Source of the DNA: Desulfobacterales bacterium
GTDB taxonomy: Bacteria > Desulfobacterota > Desulfobacteria > Desulfobacterales > UBA2156
Length of the DNA: 64,000 nucleotides
Direction of reading: 5' to 3'
Assembly: GCA_011049715.1 (NCBI GenBank)
Contig: DRHF01000057.1
Coordinates: 797 to 64,796, forward strand
Shown here: piece after piece, positions 9,731 to 18,357 of the stretch
Layout of the letters: the number at the start of each line of letters is the position of its first letter
How positions within the stretch are numbered: the stretch's first letter is position 1
Notes under the pieces: model-generated
Seen by the model: the letters and a program-made list of their open reading frames with translations, nothing else
What the model was told of the DNA's origin: nothing
The model's database searches: none
Made by a program: the position numbers and the translations under genes

Positions 9731-10846
9731 ATGCGTTACATATTTAAAAAATTGAATGCGCCCCTGATAGGTGCCATCGTATGTGCAATGATGCTTGGAG
9801 TGGGTAGTGTATCTGCTGAAGGTGTATTAAAAGTCTACAATTGGGCAGAGTACATCGCCAAGGACACAATTTCCAATTTTGAGAAAGAATATAATATAAA
9901 AGTCACCTACGACAGTTACGATTCTGCTGAAACGGTGGATGCCAAAATATTGACGGGTTCCACCGGTTATGACGTTATCTTACATGCGGGTAGTTTCGTT
10001 GGTCGTTTAGTTCCTGCCAATATCCTGATGAAACTGGATAAATCAAAATTACCCAACCTTAAACATATGCGTCCAGATATTATGAATCAGCTGTCAGCGA
10101 ACTGGGACCCAAATAACGATCACGTTATTCCCTATATGTGGGGAACCCATGGTGTGACTTATAATGCGGAAGCTGTCAAGAAAGTTTTCCCTGATGCGCC
10201 TATCGGCAGTATGGATTTAATTTTTGATCCAAAGAACATTGCCAAATTGGCCAAGTGTGGCGTGTCCTTCTTGGATTCCCCAACAGATATCATTCCCATG
10301 GCATTGACCTACATGGGCAAAGATCCAAGTTCCACAAATTTGCAAGATTACAAGGATGTGGAAGCAATGTTGCTTAAGATCCGGCCGTACATTAAAACTT
10401 TTGATAACTATGCTTATCAGAAAATGCCACAAAAGGAATTTTGCGTCTCGGTTACCTGGGGTCCGGATGGACTGCTCGCCATGTCCGGCGCGAAAGAAGC
10501 CAATACCGGTGTCATTCTGGATTTCTTTGCCCCACCGGGTAAAGACGCGTCAGTCTTGTGGATTGACGTCTGGCTCATTCCGCCTGATTCCAAGAATGTG
10601 GAAAATGCGCATCTTTTCTTGAATTACATGATGCGCCCGCAAGTAGGTGCCAATGATAGCAACTTAACCTGGTACGCTACTGCCAATAAGGATGCTTTCG
10701 ATCTGGTTAATGCAGCGGTGACTTCCAGCCCTGCAGCTTATCCACCAGCAAAAGCAGTGGCCTTGATGTACACTTTAAATATACTACCCGCAAAAGTGGA
10801 ACGTGCCCGTACCCGCGCCTGGACAAATTTTAAATCAGGCAAATAA
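9731..10846 (+). CDS. potF: putrescine/spermidine ABC transporter periplasmic binding protein (PotF/PotD family)
   Basis: 371 aa with a signal peptide. LKVYNWAEYIAKDTISNFEKEYNIKVTYDSYDS matches the PotF/PotD N-terminal block. SD GAGGAGG. Confidence 0.85.
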   Translation: MRYIFKKLNAPLIGAIVCAMMLGVGSVSAEGVLKVYNWAEYIAKDTISNFEKEYNIKVTYDSYDSAETVDAKILTGSTGYDVILHAGSFVGRLVPANILMKLDKSKLPNLKHMRPDIMNQLSANWDPNNDHVIPYMWGTHGVTYNAEAVKKVFPDAPIGSMDLIFDPKNIAKLAKCGVSFLDSPTDIIPMALTYMGKDPSSTNLQDYKDVEAMLLKIRPYIKTFDNYAYQKMPQKEFCVSVTWGPDGLLAMSGAKEANTGVILDFFAPPGKDASVLWIDVWLIPPDSKNVENAHLFLNYMMRPQVGANDSNLTWYATANKDAFDLVNAAVTSSPAAYPPAKAVALMYTLNILPAKVERARTRAWTNFKSGK

Positions 10847-11032
10847 GCCAGGTTAGGAATGAGATAAAAATAACTTAGAAAAGTTGGCGGAGACCGCTCC
10901 TTTGAATTTTTTACGATATTCAAGGCGCTTGATCGTTTGCGTAGCAGAGCTATGTGGGCGATTAAGTAACGAAGAAAATCGTAGAAAAGGCAAGCAAGTT
11001 TATCAAGTTATTTTTTGAACGTTCCTTAGTTC

Positions 11033-11064
11033 AAGTGCTGTCTTCGGACAGCACTTTTTTTTGC
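11033..11064 (+). terminator. intrinsic terminator/attenuator after potF
   Basis: AAGTGCTGTC-TTCG-GACAGCACTT (10-bp stem, UUCG loop) followed by TTTTTTGCG. Confidence 0.8.
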
Positions 11065-11102
11065 GTTAGTAAAAAGTAGATTAACGCTTCGGAGTACAAT
11101 CG

Positions 11103-12248
11103 ATGCCCCAAGAAACTTCCCCTGACAGTCAACCCTGGTTGAACCCTGATGCGAAACCTTTCATTAAGTTGCAGGGTGTTACCAAAAAATTTGGGAACTT
11201 TGCCGCAGTGGATAATGTGGATCTGGAGGTTTACAAGGGCGAACTGTTTTGCCTTCTGGGTGCATCGGGTTGTGGCAAGACCACCTTGTTAAGGATACTG
11301 GCCGGATTTGAGACGCCAAGCTCCGGAAAAATCACCATTGATGGTGTCGATATGACGGATGTACTACCTTATGAGCGCCCGGTGAATATGATGTTTCAGT
11401 CATACGCTTTGTTTCCACACATGACTGTGGAACAAAATGTGGCATACGGATTAAAACGTGATGGCCTAGGTAAGTCTGAAATCGAAGGACGGGTGCAGGA
11501 AATACTGGCCCTGGTTGAACTCACCGATTTGCCTCAACGTAAACCACACCAATTGTCCGGTGGTCAGCGACAGCGCGTTGCACTGGCAAGAGCATTGGTT
11601 AAAAAACCTAAAGCCCTATTGCTTGATGAACCACTGGCTGCTTTGGATAAACGCCTGCGTGAACAGACGCAGTTTGAATTAATGAACATTCAGGATCAAT
11701 TGGGTATTACTTTCATGGTGGTCACTCATGATCAGGAAGAGGCCATGACCCTTTCAACACGTATTGCGGTCATGGATAAGGGTCGCTTTATACAGGTGGG
11801 GACACCTACGAGCATATATGAATTCCCAGAGACTCGATTTATTGCCAACTTTATTGGTACTGCTAATATGTTTGAAGGTCGGGTGATTAAAAGCAATGCT
11901 GGTTTTTTGTTGATAAAAAGTGAGGCTGATAATACCGAACTAAGTGTGGATTATGGTGCTGCTATGAGCGAAGGCCGTCGGGTTTGGGTAGCGGTGCGTC
12001 CGGAAAAAATTCAAATATCCAAGCTGCCCTTTGATGAATCTGGCCCCAATCAGCTGAAAGGTGTGGTGCATGACATAGGCTACCTGGGCAGTGCTTCAAC
12101 CTATCGTGTAAAAATTGCGGGTGGTAAGATAATTCAAGTCAGTTTTCCCAATCAGCGTCGACCCACGGATGATCAGTTTGCGGTAGATTGGGATGATGAA
12201 GTCTACTTGAAATGGTATTCATCCTCAGCGGTATTGTTAACCAAATGA
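11103..12248 (+). CDS. potG: polyamine ABC transporter ATP-binding protein (PotA/PotG)
   Basis: 381 aa with Walker A GASGCGKTT, signature LSGGQRQRVALARAL, Walker B LLLDEP, and a C-terminal TOBE-like domain. Confidence 0.9.
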   Translation: MPQETSPDSQPWLNPDAKPFIKLQGVTKKFGNFAAVDNVDLEVYKGELFCLLGASGCGKTTLLRILAGFETPSSGKITIDGVDMTDVLPYERPVNMMFQSYALFPHMTVEQNVAYGLKRDGLGKSEIEGRVQEILALVELTDLPQRKPHQLSGGQRQRVALARALVKKPKALLLDEPLAALDKRLREQTQFELMNIQDQLGITFMVVTHDQEEAMTLSTRIAVMDKGRFIQVGTPTSIYEFPETRFIANFIGTANMFEGRVIKSNAGFLLIKSEADNTELSVDYGAAMSEGRRVWVAVRPEKIQISKLPFDESGPNQLKGVVHDIGYLGSASTYRVKIAGGKIIQVSFPNQRRPTDDQFAVDWDDEVYLKWYSSSAVLLTK

Positions 12249-13192
12249 TTGTTCAAAATTCCAGTAATGGCCTGGCACACATTTATCGTAGGTGGAGCAA
12301 TAAAATACAAGGCAGCTGGAAGCCCATCATAGTCACTATCCCCTACTTTTGGCTTCTCCTGTTTTTTCTTGCGCCCTTTTTTATTATCCTGAAAATAAGT
12401 CTGGCTGAATCCCTGATCGCCATCCCTCCATTTTCAGCATTATTGCAGTGGACCAGCGAGGGCGTACCACAGATTCAACTCGTTTTTGATAATTATTCTT
12501 ACCTATGGGAAGATGATCTTTATATTAAGACTTATTTAAATTCCTTAAGAATCTCAACGCTGTCCACTGTGATTTGCCTGCTCATTGGGTATCCCATCGC
12601 TTACCATATTGGAACGTCAACTCGGACCAAAAAAAATATTCTCTTGCTGATGGTTATTCTTCCATTTTGGACTTCGTTTCTTTTGCGTGTCTATGCCTGG
12701 ATGGGCTTACTGGCAGATCAAGGGACTATTAATGATATGCTAATCTGGTTGGGATTGATCGATGATCCCATCCGAATGATGTATTCGGAATTTGCGGTCT
12801 ACGTTGGCATTGTTTATTCCTACCTGCCTTTTATGATATTGCCCTTATATGCCAATATAGAAAAGTTGGACATGACTTTGAACGAGGCGGCGGCGGACTT
12901 AGGCGCCAAACCCTGGGTTACCTTTATCACCGTGACCTTGCCCTTGACTATCCCTGGAATAATTGCAGGTTCTTTATTAGTGTTCATACCCGCCACTGGA
13001 GAATTTATTATTCCCGACCTTTTGGGTGGCGGCAATGTGTTGATGATAGGAAGAGTATTATACAATGAGTTTAATTCCAACCATGATTGGCCCGTGGCCT
13101 CAGCAGTGGCCATCGCACTATTGCTGGCTCTGGTACTGCCTATGATGTGGTATCAGCACATTCAATCAAAACAAACAGATGCTGCATTATGA
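12245..13192 (+). CDS. potH: polyamine ABC transporter permease (PotB/PotH)
   Basis: ORF 12212..13192. I chose ATG 12245, which overlaps the potG stop (ATGA). EAA-loop block NEAAADLGAKPW. Confidence 0.85.
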   Translation: MIVQNSSNGLAHIYRRWSNKIQGSWKPIIVTIPYFWLLLFFLAPFFIILKISLAESLIAIPPFSALLQWTSEGVPQIQLVFDNYSYLWEDDLYIKTYLNSLRISTLSTVICLLIGYPIAYHIGTSTRTKKNILLLMVILPFWTSFLLRVYAWMGLLADQGTINDMLIWLGLIDDPIRMMYSEFAVYVGIVYSYLPFMILPLYANIEKLDMTLNEAAADLGAKPWVTFITVTLPLTIPGIIAGSLLVFIPATGEFIIPDLLGGGNVLMIGRVLYNEFNSNHDWPVASAVAIALLLALVLPMMWYQHIQSKQTDAAL

Positions 13193-14043
13193 AAAAGAAA
13201 CGGTTCAACTTTACTTTTTCTGTACTCTGCTTTGGCATGGCCTTTTTATATGTGCCAATGTTATCACTGATTATTTATTCCTTTAACTACTCTAAAATTG
13301 TGCCTATTTGGGGTGGTTTTTCCATTCGCTGGTATGTACGTCTATTTGAAAGTGAGGCGGTATGGGCGGCTGCCGGTTTAAGTCTGAGGATTGCCCTGGT
13401 GAACGCGACTTTTGCAACATTGATTGGAACCTTTGCAGCTTTGGCGATGGTACGTTTTGGAAAGTTTAAGGGTCGGACCTTATTTAGCGGCATGATTACA
13501 GCGCCCTTAGTGATGCCAGAAGTCATTACCGGACTTTCACTTCTACTACTGTTTATAACGCTAAAGGAATTTATAGGTTGGCCAGAATCCCGGGGATTCA
13601 CCACCATAACCATCGCACATATTACATTTTCCATGGCCTATGTGGCCGTCATAATACAATCACGCCTTGCAGGCATCGCTCTGACACTGGAGGAAGCGGC
13701 GGCGGACTTAGGCGCGAAACCTTTTCGTGTATTAATTGATATAACCTTCCCCTTGCTTGCGCCAGGAATGATTGCGGGATGGTTGCTGGCCTTTACTTTG
13801 TCGCTAGATGATCTCGTAATCGCTAGTTTTGTTTCTGGCCCAGGTTCTAATACTTTGCCTATACTGATTTATTCGCGCATTCGATTAGGCCTGCGTCCGG
13901 ATATTAATGCACTGGCTACCATCATTATTCTTGCCGTGACCATTGGCATGTGTATTGTCGGTTGGCTGATGCATCGTCAGCAGATACTGCGTGATCGTGA
14001 TTTACACATGGCTGGCATAGAAAATCAAAAGTTCGATATTTGA
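13189..14043 (+). CDS. potI: polyamine ABC transporter permease (PotC/PotI)
   Basis: ORF 13087..14043. ATG 13189 (MKKKRFNFTF...) overlaps the potH stop (ATGA). EAA-loop block EEAAADLGAKPF. Confidence 0.85.
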   Translation: MKKKRFNFTFSVLCFGMAFLYVPMLSLIIYSFNYSKIVPIWGGFSIRWYVRLFESEAVWAAAGLSLRIALVNATFATLIGTFAALAMVRFGKFKGRTLFSGMITAPLVMPEVITGLSLLLLFITLKEFIGWPESRGFTTITIAHITFSMAYVAVIIQSRLAGIALTLEEAAADLGAKPFRVLIDITFPLLAPGMIAGWLLAFTLSLDDLVIASFVSGPGSNTLPILIYSRIRLGLRPDINALATIIILAVTIGMCIVGWLMHRQQILRDRDLHMAGIENQKFDI

Positions 14044-14186
14044 CCCTCCTGAATCCACTCAACGAAACTCTTATCTTCTGCTTCGGTCGCCGCATTAATG
14101 CGCAAATTCAGATACCGCGTTGACCAGTTTCAATGCGATCGCTCTTCTCAGTTTCGACAAAGGTGGGCGGCGACTGCCAGATTGCG

Positions 14187-14247
14187 AAGACAAGAGGGTC
14201 AGGTCTTCATTCTTCACTCTCCATTAAATTCTGTCAAGAATGAAGAC
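14187..14247 (+). repeat. 34-nt direct repeat, distal copy, extended into a perfect 12-bp hairpin
   Basis: AAGACAAGAGGGTCAGGTCTTCATTCTTCACTCT (14187-14220). Stem GTCTTCATTCTT (14203-14214) / AAGAATGAAGAC (14236-14247), 21-nt loop. Confidence 0.9.
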
Positions 14248-14755
14248 ATGGCCCCGATGGGTTCGGCCCTGTGGAATGCAGGGTCTATTCCTCCAGGGTC
14301 AGAGAAGAATCTTTTTTTCGTTGTACCAAACCGTGCTGCAGTCAAACAGACGAGTAACGGTTTTTCTCGCTTTTTTTTGTTAATGATGATAAGTGGACAT
14401 AACTACTTCAAGTTTTTTAAATAATGAAAAGTTAAAGGATCCAACAACCTGAGAATTAGAAGCGATTTAAAAAACTGACACAGACCCGAGTGCATTGTTT
14501 ATAGATAAAGGATGCCATGGAATGAACATAAGAACCCTATTTTTCAAATAGAGAGGCGGGGTTTTGTTGTTTTAGGCACGAAACCATAGGGTGACTTACA
14601 ACGAAGGGTAGAAGTCGGGAGCGGGGGAACCGTCACCTCGCAGACGACACACAATATACGGTGAAATTCGGTTACGGTCTGGTGAGGGTTTCCGGTGGGC
14701 TTCGGGCCACGGAATTGTCTTTACCGTGGACGCGCAAGGGGACACATTCCATTAA

Positions 14756-15130
14756 CCGCAGGCCGATGTTGAAAAAGCCCTGGCCAGTGTCGACAGGAGC
14801 TTGCTGCTGTCAGAACGCGCCATGTTTTACCTGGAGCGCCTGCCACGGACGATAACGCTGCAAACCGAATTTATGATCGACCAGCTGACAACGATACCGG
14901 AAGTGGAAACGCTGCTTGCGGACACCAGTCGCCTTGCGAAGATGGCAGAGGATTTGCCCCGGCAGGTGAACAAAATGCGACGGGACACGATTACAGAACT
15001 TACCAGTTGGCTCGAAACCCAGAGACAAAAAATTTTCGCCGATTTGATCTTCCAAGAAAACCGGTTAAAAGGTGTTCTGTCGGAAGTCCGCCAGTCTCTT
15101 GAAGCGGGAAGCGAGCTGACCGATAAAATC
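14756..15130 (+). pseudogene. fragment of an unknown helical protein (no start, no partner domains)
   Basis: Open frame ...VEKALASVDRSLLLSERAMFYLERLPRTITLQTEFMIDQLTTIPEVETLLADTSRLAKMAEDLPRQVNKMRRDTITELTSWLETQRQKIFADL.... No credible start or SD. It sits in a visibly GC-richer patch and abuts the MFS fragment. Confidence 0.35.
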
Positions 15131-15521
15131 AACGCGACTGGTCGACCGTTTTGGCGCAGCTCGTATGGCTGTGCTTTATGCCGCTCTAACAGCGATGTTG
15201 CTTGCGCTCATTGGTGCGTTCCAGGACATTATGTTCTGGTTTCCCGCTCGCTTCGCGTTGGGTATTATGACCAATGGTACCTACGTCATAAGCGAGACTT
15301 GGGTTAATGAACTCGCAACTAGCCAAAACCGTGGACGTGTCATGGGTTTTTATACCACGATCCTTTCGGCCGGCTTCGCTTTAGGCCCTTTTATTCTAGC
15401 CATAACTGGAACAAGTGGTTGGCTGCCCTTTCTTGTTGTGATAACCATCATGTTGATAACAACCATAGGATTGTTTTTTATCTGTCACTGCCTACCGGAG
15501 TTCGCTAAGGATACAACATGA
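15120..15521 (+). pseudogene. truncated MFS transporter (about 4 TM helices only)
   Basis: The frame reads ...RLVDRFGAARMAVLYAALTAMLLALIGAFQD...ARFALGIMTNGTYVISETWVNELATSQNRGRVMGFYTTILSAGFALGPFIL. These are MFS motif A (DRxGRR-like) and the TM2-TM5 region. TM1 and the C-terminal half are missing. Confidence 0.55.
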
Positions 15522-16297
15522 ACGAAACTCAGAATTATGAATCATACACCAATGTGCTCAAAGAAAAGATCAAGGAATGGGGTGGAGATTTAGTGGGTGT
15601 TGCCGATGCTGAGCCCCTTAAAGCTCAACCTTTGGATCCTCCAGATCTTCTTGAACCATTTTCAAGGGCCGTATCCATAGCGGTCAGCCTACCCTGGGCC
15701 ACATTCGGTGAAATCAAGGACAAGCCGACGTTGATTTACGAGAATGTCTACCAGACTGCCAATCGAGTGTTGGACGAACTTGCATTCAAGACAGCAAAAA
15801 CCCTTGGAAATGACGAGTTTTACAGTTTGCCGATACCCGCTTCACAGGTTACGGATGAGAAGAACTGGTATGGAGCCATCAGTCACAAGGCGGTTGCAAG
15901 GATGGCCGGTTTGGGGTGGCAAGGAAAAAATCTGCTCCTCATCACTCGGCAATATGGTTCCACCGTGCGTTTAGTTACAGTATTGACCAACGCCCCTTTG
16001 GTGGTTGACGGACCTGTTGAAAATCGTTGCGGGAAATGTACGCTTTGCCAGAAAGCCTGCCCATCTGGGGCCATTAGGGGTGTTGGTACCAAGAATCATT
16101 ACATTGATCGGAATGAGGCTATGTTTTTCGATAAATGTGTAGCCCAGCTTAAGAAACATTCCATCATGCTTGAAACCTATTCATTAAAGGATGAAAACCG
16201 GGAGCCAACGCCAACTTATCATAAATTGATTTGCGGTCTTTGTATCAAAGCCTGTCCGTTCGGTAGAAAACCGAAAGGGAGGGCTGGTAAAGAATAA
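15518..16297 (+). CDS. QueG-like (epoxyqueuosine reductase family) 4Fe-4S protein
   Basis: 259 aa with HKAVARMAGLGWQGKNLLLITRQYGS plus ferredoxin motifs CGKCTLCQKACP and CGLCIKACP. Confidence 0.7.
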   Translation: MNETQNYESYTNVLKEKIKEWGGDLVGVADAEPLKAQPLDPPDLLEPFSRAVSIAVSLPWATFGEIKDKPTLIYENVYQTANRVLDELAFKTAKTLGNDEFYSLPIPASQVTDEKNWYGAISHKAVARMAGLGWQGKNLLLITRQYGSTVRLVTVLTNAPLVVDGPVENRCGKCTLCQKACPSGAIRGVGTKNHYIDRNEAMFFDKCVAQLKKHSIMLETYSLKDENREPTPTYHKLICGLCIKACPFGRKPKGRAGKE

Positions 16298-16628
16298 CCT
16301 GTCATTGGTTTTTATTCTCTGATGTAAGGATTGCTGTGGTTTTAAGCATCACAAAACTGGTGAAGGGGATTTCGATAAGTTGTACAATAAAAAATACTTG
16401 CTTATTATTCAGATTCCTCCATACAATTCGGTAAATATCAGTTCTGAAAATTTCTCTGGTTGGTCAGAAATTAAAAGAGCTTGCCGACGGCCTGAAAAAG
16501 TTCACAGAGGAAGCTGAAAAAAAAGAGGTAGGGATTCAGAGGTTCAGGGTTTGGGGTTCAAGATTGCTGATGCGGGAAAGGATGGGCGCTAACTATATTG
16601 GAAATGAGGGAAAAGAGGAGGCGGGAAC

Positions 16629-16901
16629 ATGGCTGAGGGGAAAAAGACGGTTAAAGTCAAAGGGGGATTCAGGTCTATGCTGGCGCTCCTGATCTCGATC
16701 ATCGCCCTGATTGTAGCTGTTATCGCCTACAATCGCACAGGCGGCGATATGGATATAAAAACGCAGTTGAATGAATTGCAGGGCACGATTGAAAAGATGA
16801 AGGGGGAAACGTCAAAGGGATTCAGCAAGTTCCGGGTGGAAACCTCCAAGGCTTTGGACAAGCTCAGTAAAATGATTAAGGGGAAGGAAACCGCTCAATA
16901 G
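16629..16901 (+). CDS. small membrane-anchored hypothetical protein
   Basis: 90 aa. SD GAGGAGG upstream. One TM helix (MLALLISIIALIVAVIAY) and a charged helical tail. No family recognised. Confidence 0.6.
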   Translation: MAEGKKTVKVKGGFRSMLALLISIIALIVAVIAYNRTGGDMDIKTQLNELQGTIEKMKGETSKGFSKFRVETSKALDKLSKMIKGKETAQ

Positions 16902-16938
16902 TGTTACCTCTGTGATCGAAGGACAATGACATTTCCCT

Positions 16939-17172
16939 TTTTACAATTTCACGGGCACCGGTATACCCTATTGGGAAAACTCGTTGATCCCCTTCAAAGC
17001 CATTCGTCCTGATATATTCTTTCAGACGGTCTGCAACCTTTTTGGGAATTAACACAACCTCGGATTATCTTCCGCTTTTGGGGCTTTGCAAGAATAATTT
17101 CCGATCATCGACATCCTTTGCGCGAAGCTTGAGGGCTTCACCAATCCGCATCCCTCCTCTGCCCAGCAAAAC
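16939..17172 (-). pseudogene. tyrosine recombinase (phage-integrase family) fragment with internal stop
   Basis: Manual minus-strand translation: VLLGRGGMRIGEALKLRAKDVDDRKLFLQSPKSGR*SEVVLIPKKVADRLKEYIRTNGFEGDQRVFPIGYTGAREIVK. This is the TGxRxxE(A/L)L...K.....v.ip block of integrase catalytic domains. TAA at 17065-17067. It is 5'-truncated (TAG at 17173-17175) and 3'-truncated (no H-R-Y region). Confidence 0.6.
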
Positions 17173-17174
17173 CT

Positions 17175-17224
17175 AAAATGCGATAGGTTGCATGTATCTG
17201 TTAACATATATGCAATAATCTCAT
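17175..17224 (+). promoter_or_regulatory. about 50-nt conserved upstream block, copy 1 (promoter-like)
   Basis: AAAATGCGATAGGTTGCATGTATC...ATATATGCAATAATCTCAT. Roughly 80% identical by hand alignment to 18358-18407. Contains TTGCAT and an AATAAT/TATAAT-like hexamer. Confidence 0.4.
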
Positions 17225-17434
17225 TAATTTTAATAGTTTGGATTATATCAATTAAATCTCAGCTTGACGTCAAACTGGGATAATGGCAAGGTATCTCCAT
17301 TTTGGGGCTGATCTTATTGAGATCGAGAGATAATGCTAAAAAAGTGAAAATTTTTCAGCGAATTTTTCATCCGGTAGTGGATTATGTATTTTGATTTGTG
17401 AAGTGAAACAAGTTTGACTTAAAAGGAGGAAGTT

Positions 17435-17770
17435 ATGACCGGAAAACGAGTTTCTGTTAAGATTCAACCGAAAAAAGGATCTGAAGAAGCATATTTTGCA
17501 GAACGAGATCAACATAAACTCAGGAAGCTCAGGAAAAAGGCAGCTGAAGAATCAACCAAAAAATATTGCGAAGAACATAAGCATCACTGTTTTCGGTGTG
17601 GTACACTGAGCTTAGCTGAAATCGACGAGGGCAATGTCAAAATTGACATATGTGTAAATGAAAACTGCGGTGCGATTCATTTGGATCCGGGGGAGCTAAA
17701 AGAAATTATTAAAGATCAAAGTGTTCTTTCAGCAGCAAAAAATACTTTCTTATCTGTATTTAAGAAATAG
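17435..17770 (+). CDS. zinc-ribbon protein (TFIIB-type zf, PF13453-like)
   Basis: 111 aa. SD AAGGAGG. CFRCG...CVNENCGAIHLDPGELKEII resembles the CxxC...CxxC-G-WLD-GEL zinc-ribbon family. Confidence 0.65.
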   Translation: MTGKRVSVKIQPKKGSEEAYFAERDQHKLRKLRKKAAEESTKKYCEEHKHHCFRCGTLSLAEIDEGNVKIDICVNENCGAIHLDPGELKEIIKDQSVLSAAKNTFLSVFKK

Positions 17771-18357
17771 TAATTTTGTAAACAACTTGTGATCTCCAAC
17801 TAATCCCCACAATCTAGCTGTCCCCCAGGATCTGAGATTGACAAAACATATCCCCACCATTATCTCTTCTCCAAAACCCGGGATATTCGTGTCGGTTTGG
17901 ATGAACAGATATAGAGCATTTAAAACTAAATACCAATCGCAGGAATATGTCTATAAAATGCACTATTCCTGATTCTCAAAAAGTGAGCAATGCCAAATAC
18001 ATTCCTCGGAAATCAAAGAAAAATCTCTTCAATCCCGATATTTCATTTTTGAGTCTCCAATTTTTCTATTTTTCTGACATTTGAATACGAATTCTATAGA
18101 ATACACATTGTAATAAGCACGGCGCACCCGGGGATATCACAGGTTTTCCTAACCCTGGTGATTATCTCAATTTACCACAGGTTTCCTATGTGTCTTAAAA
18201 CCTGATATATCTCCAACGATTCGGTATATATCAGTTCTGAAAATTCCTGAGATTTGATTTTAATCACAGGTTGATAGGGTGAATCTTATCGCATGGATTT
18301 GCCCTTTTTATTTGCCAAAACCCCCATTTTTCGGGACTATGGTTTGACAACAAATAC

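Noticed and set aside
14098-14424. A 108-aa plus-strand ORF downstream of potI.
   Set aside because: It spans the 34-nt repeat and its hairpin and has no SD or family resemblance. It is more likely non-coding repeat DNA.
15165-15521. The 118-aa MFS-like ORF as a genuine small membrane protein gene.
   Set aside because: The homology clearly begins upstream of its ATG, in the DRxGRR-type loop, and stops after about 4 helices. That fits a truncated 12-TM transporter, so I annotated it as a pseudogene fragment. Expression of the stub is not excluded.
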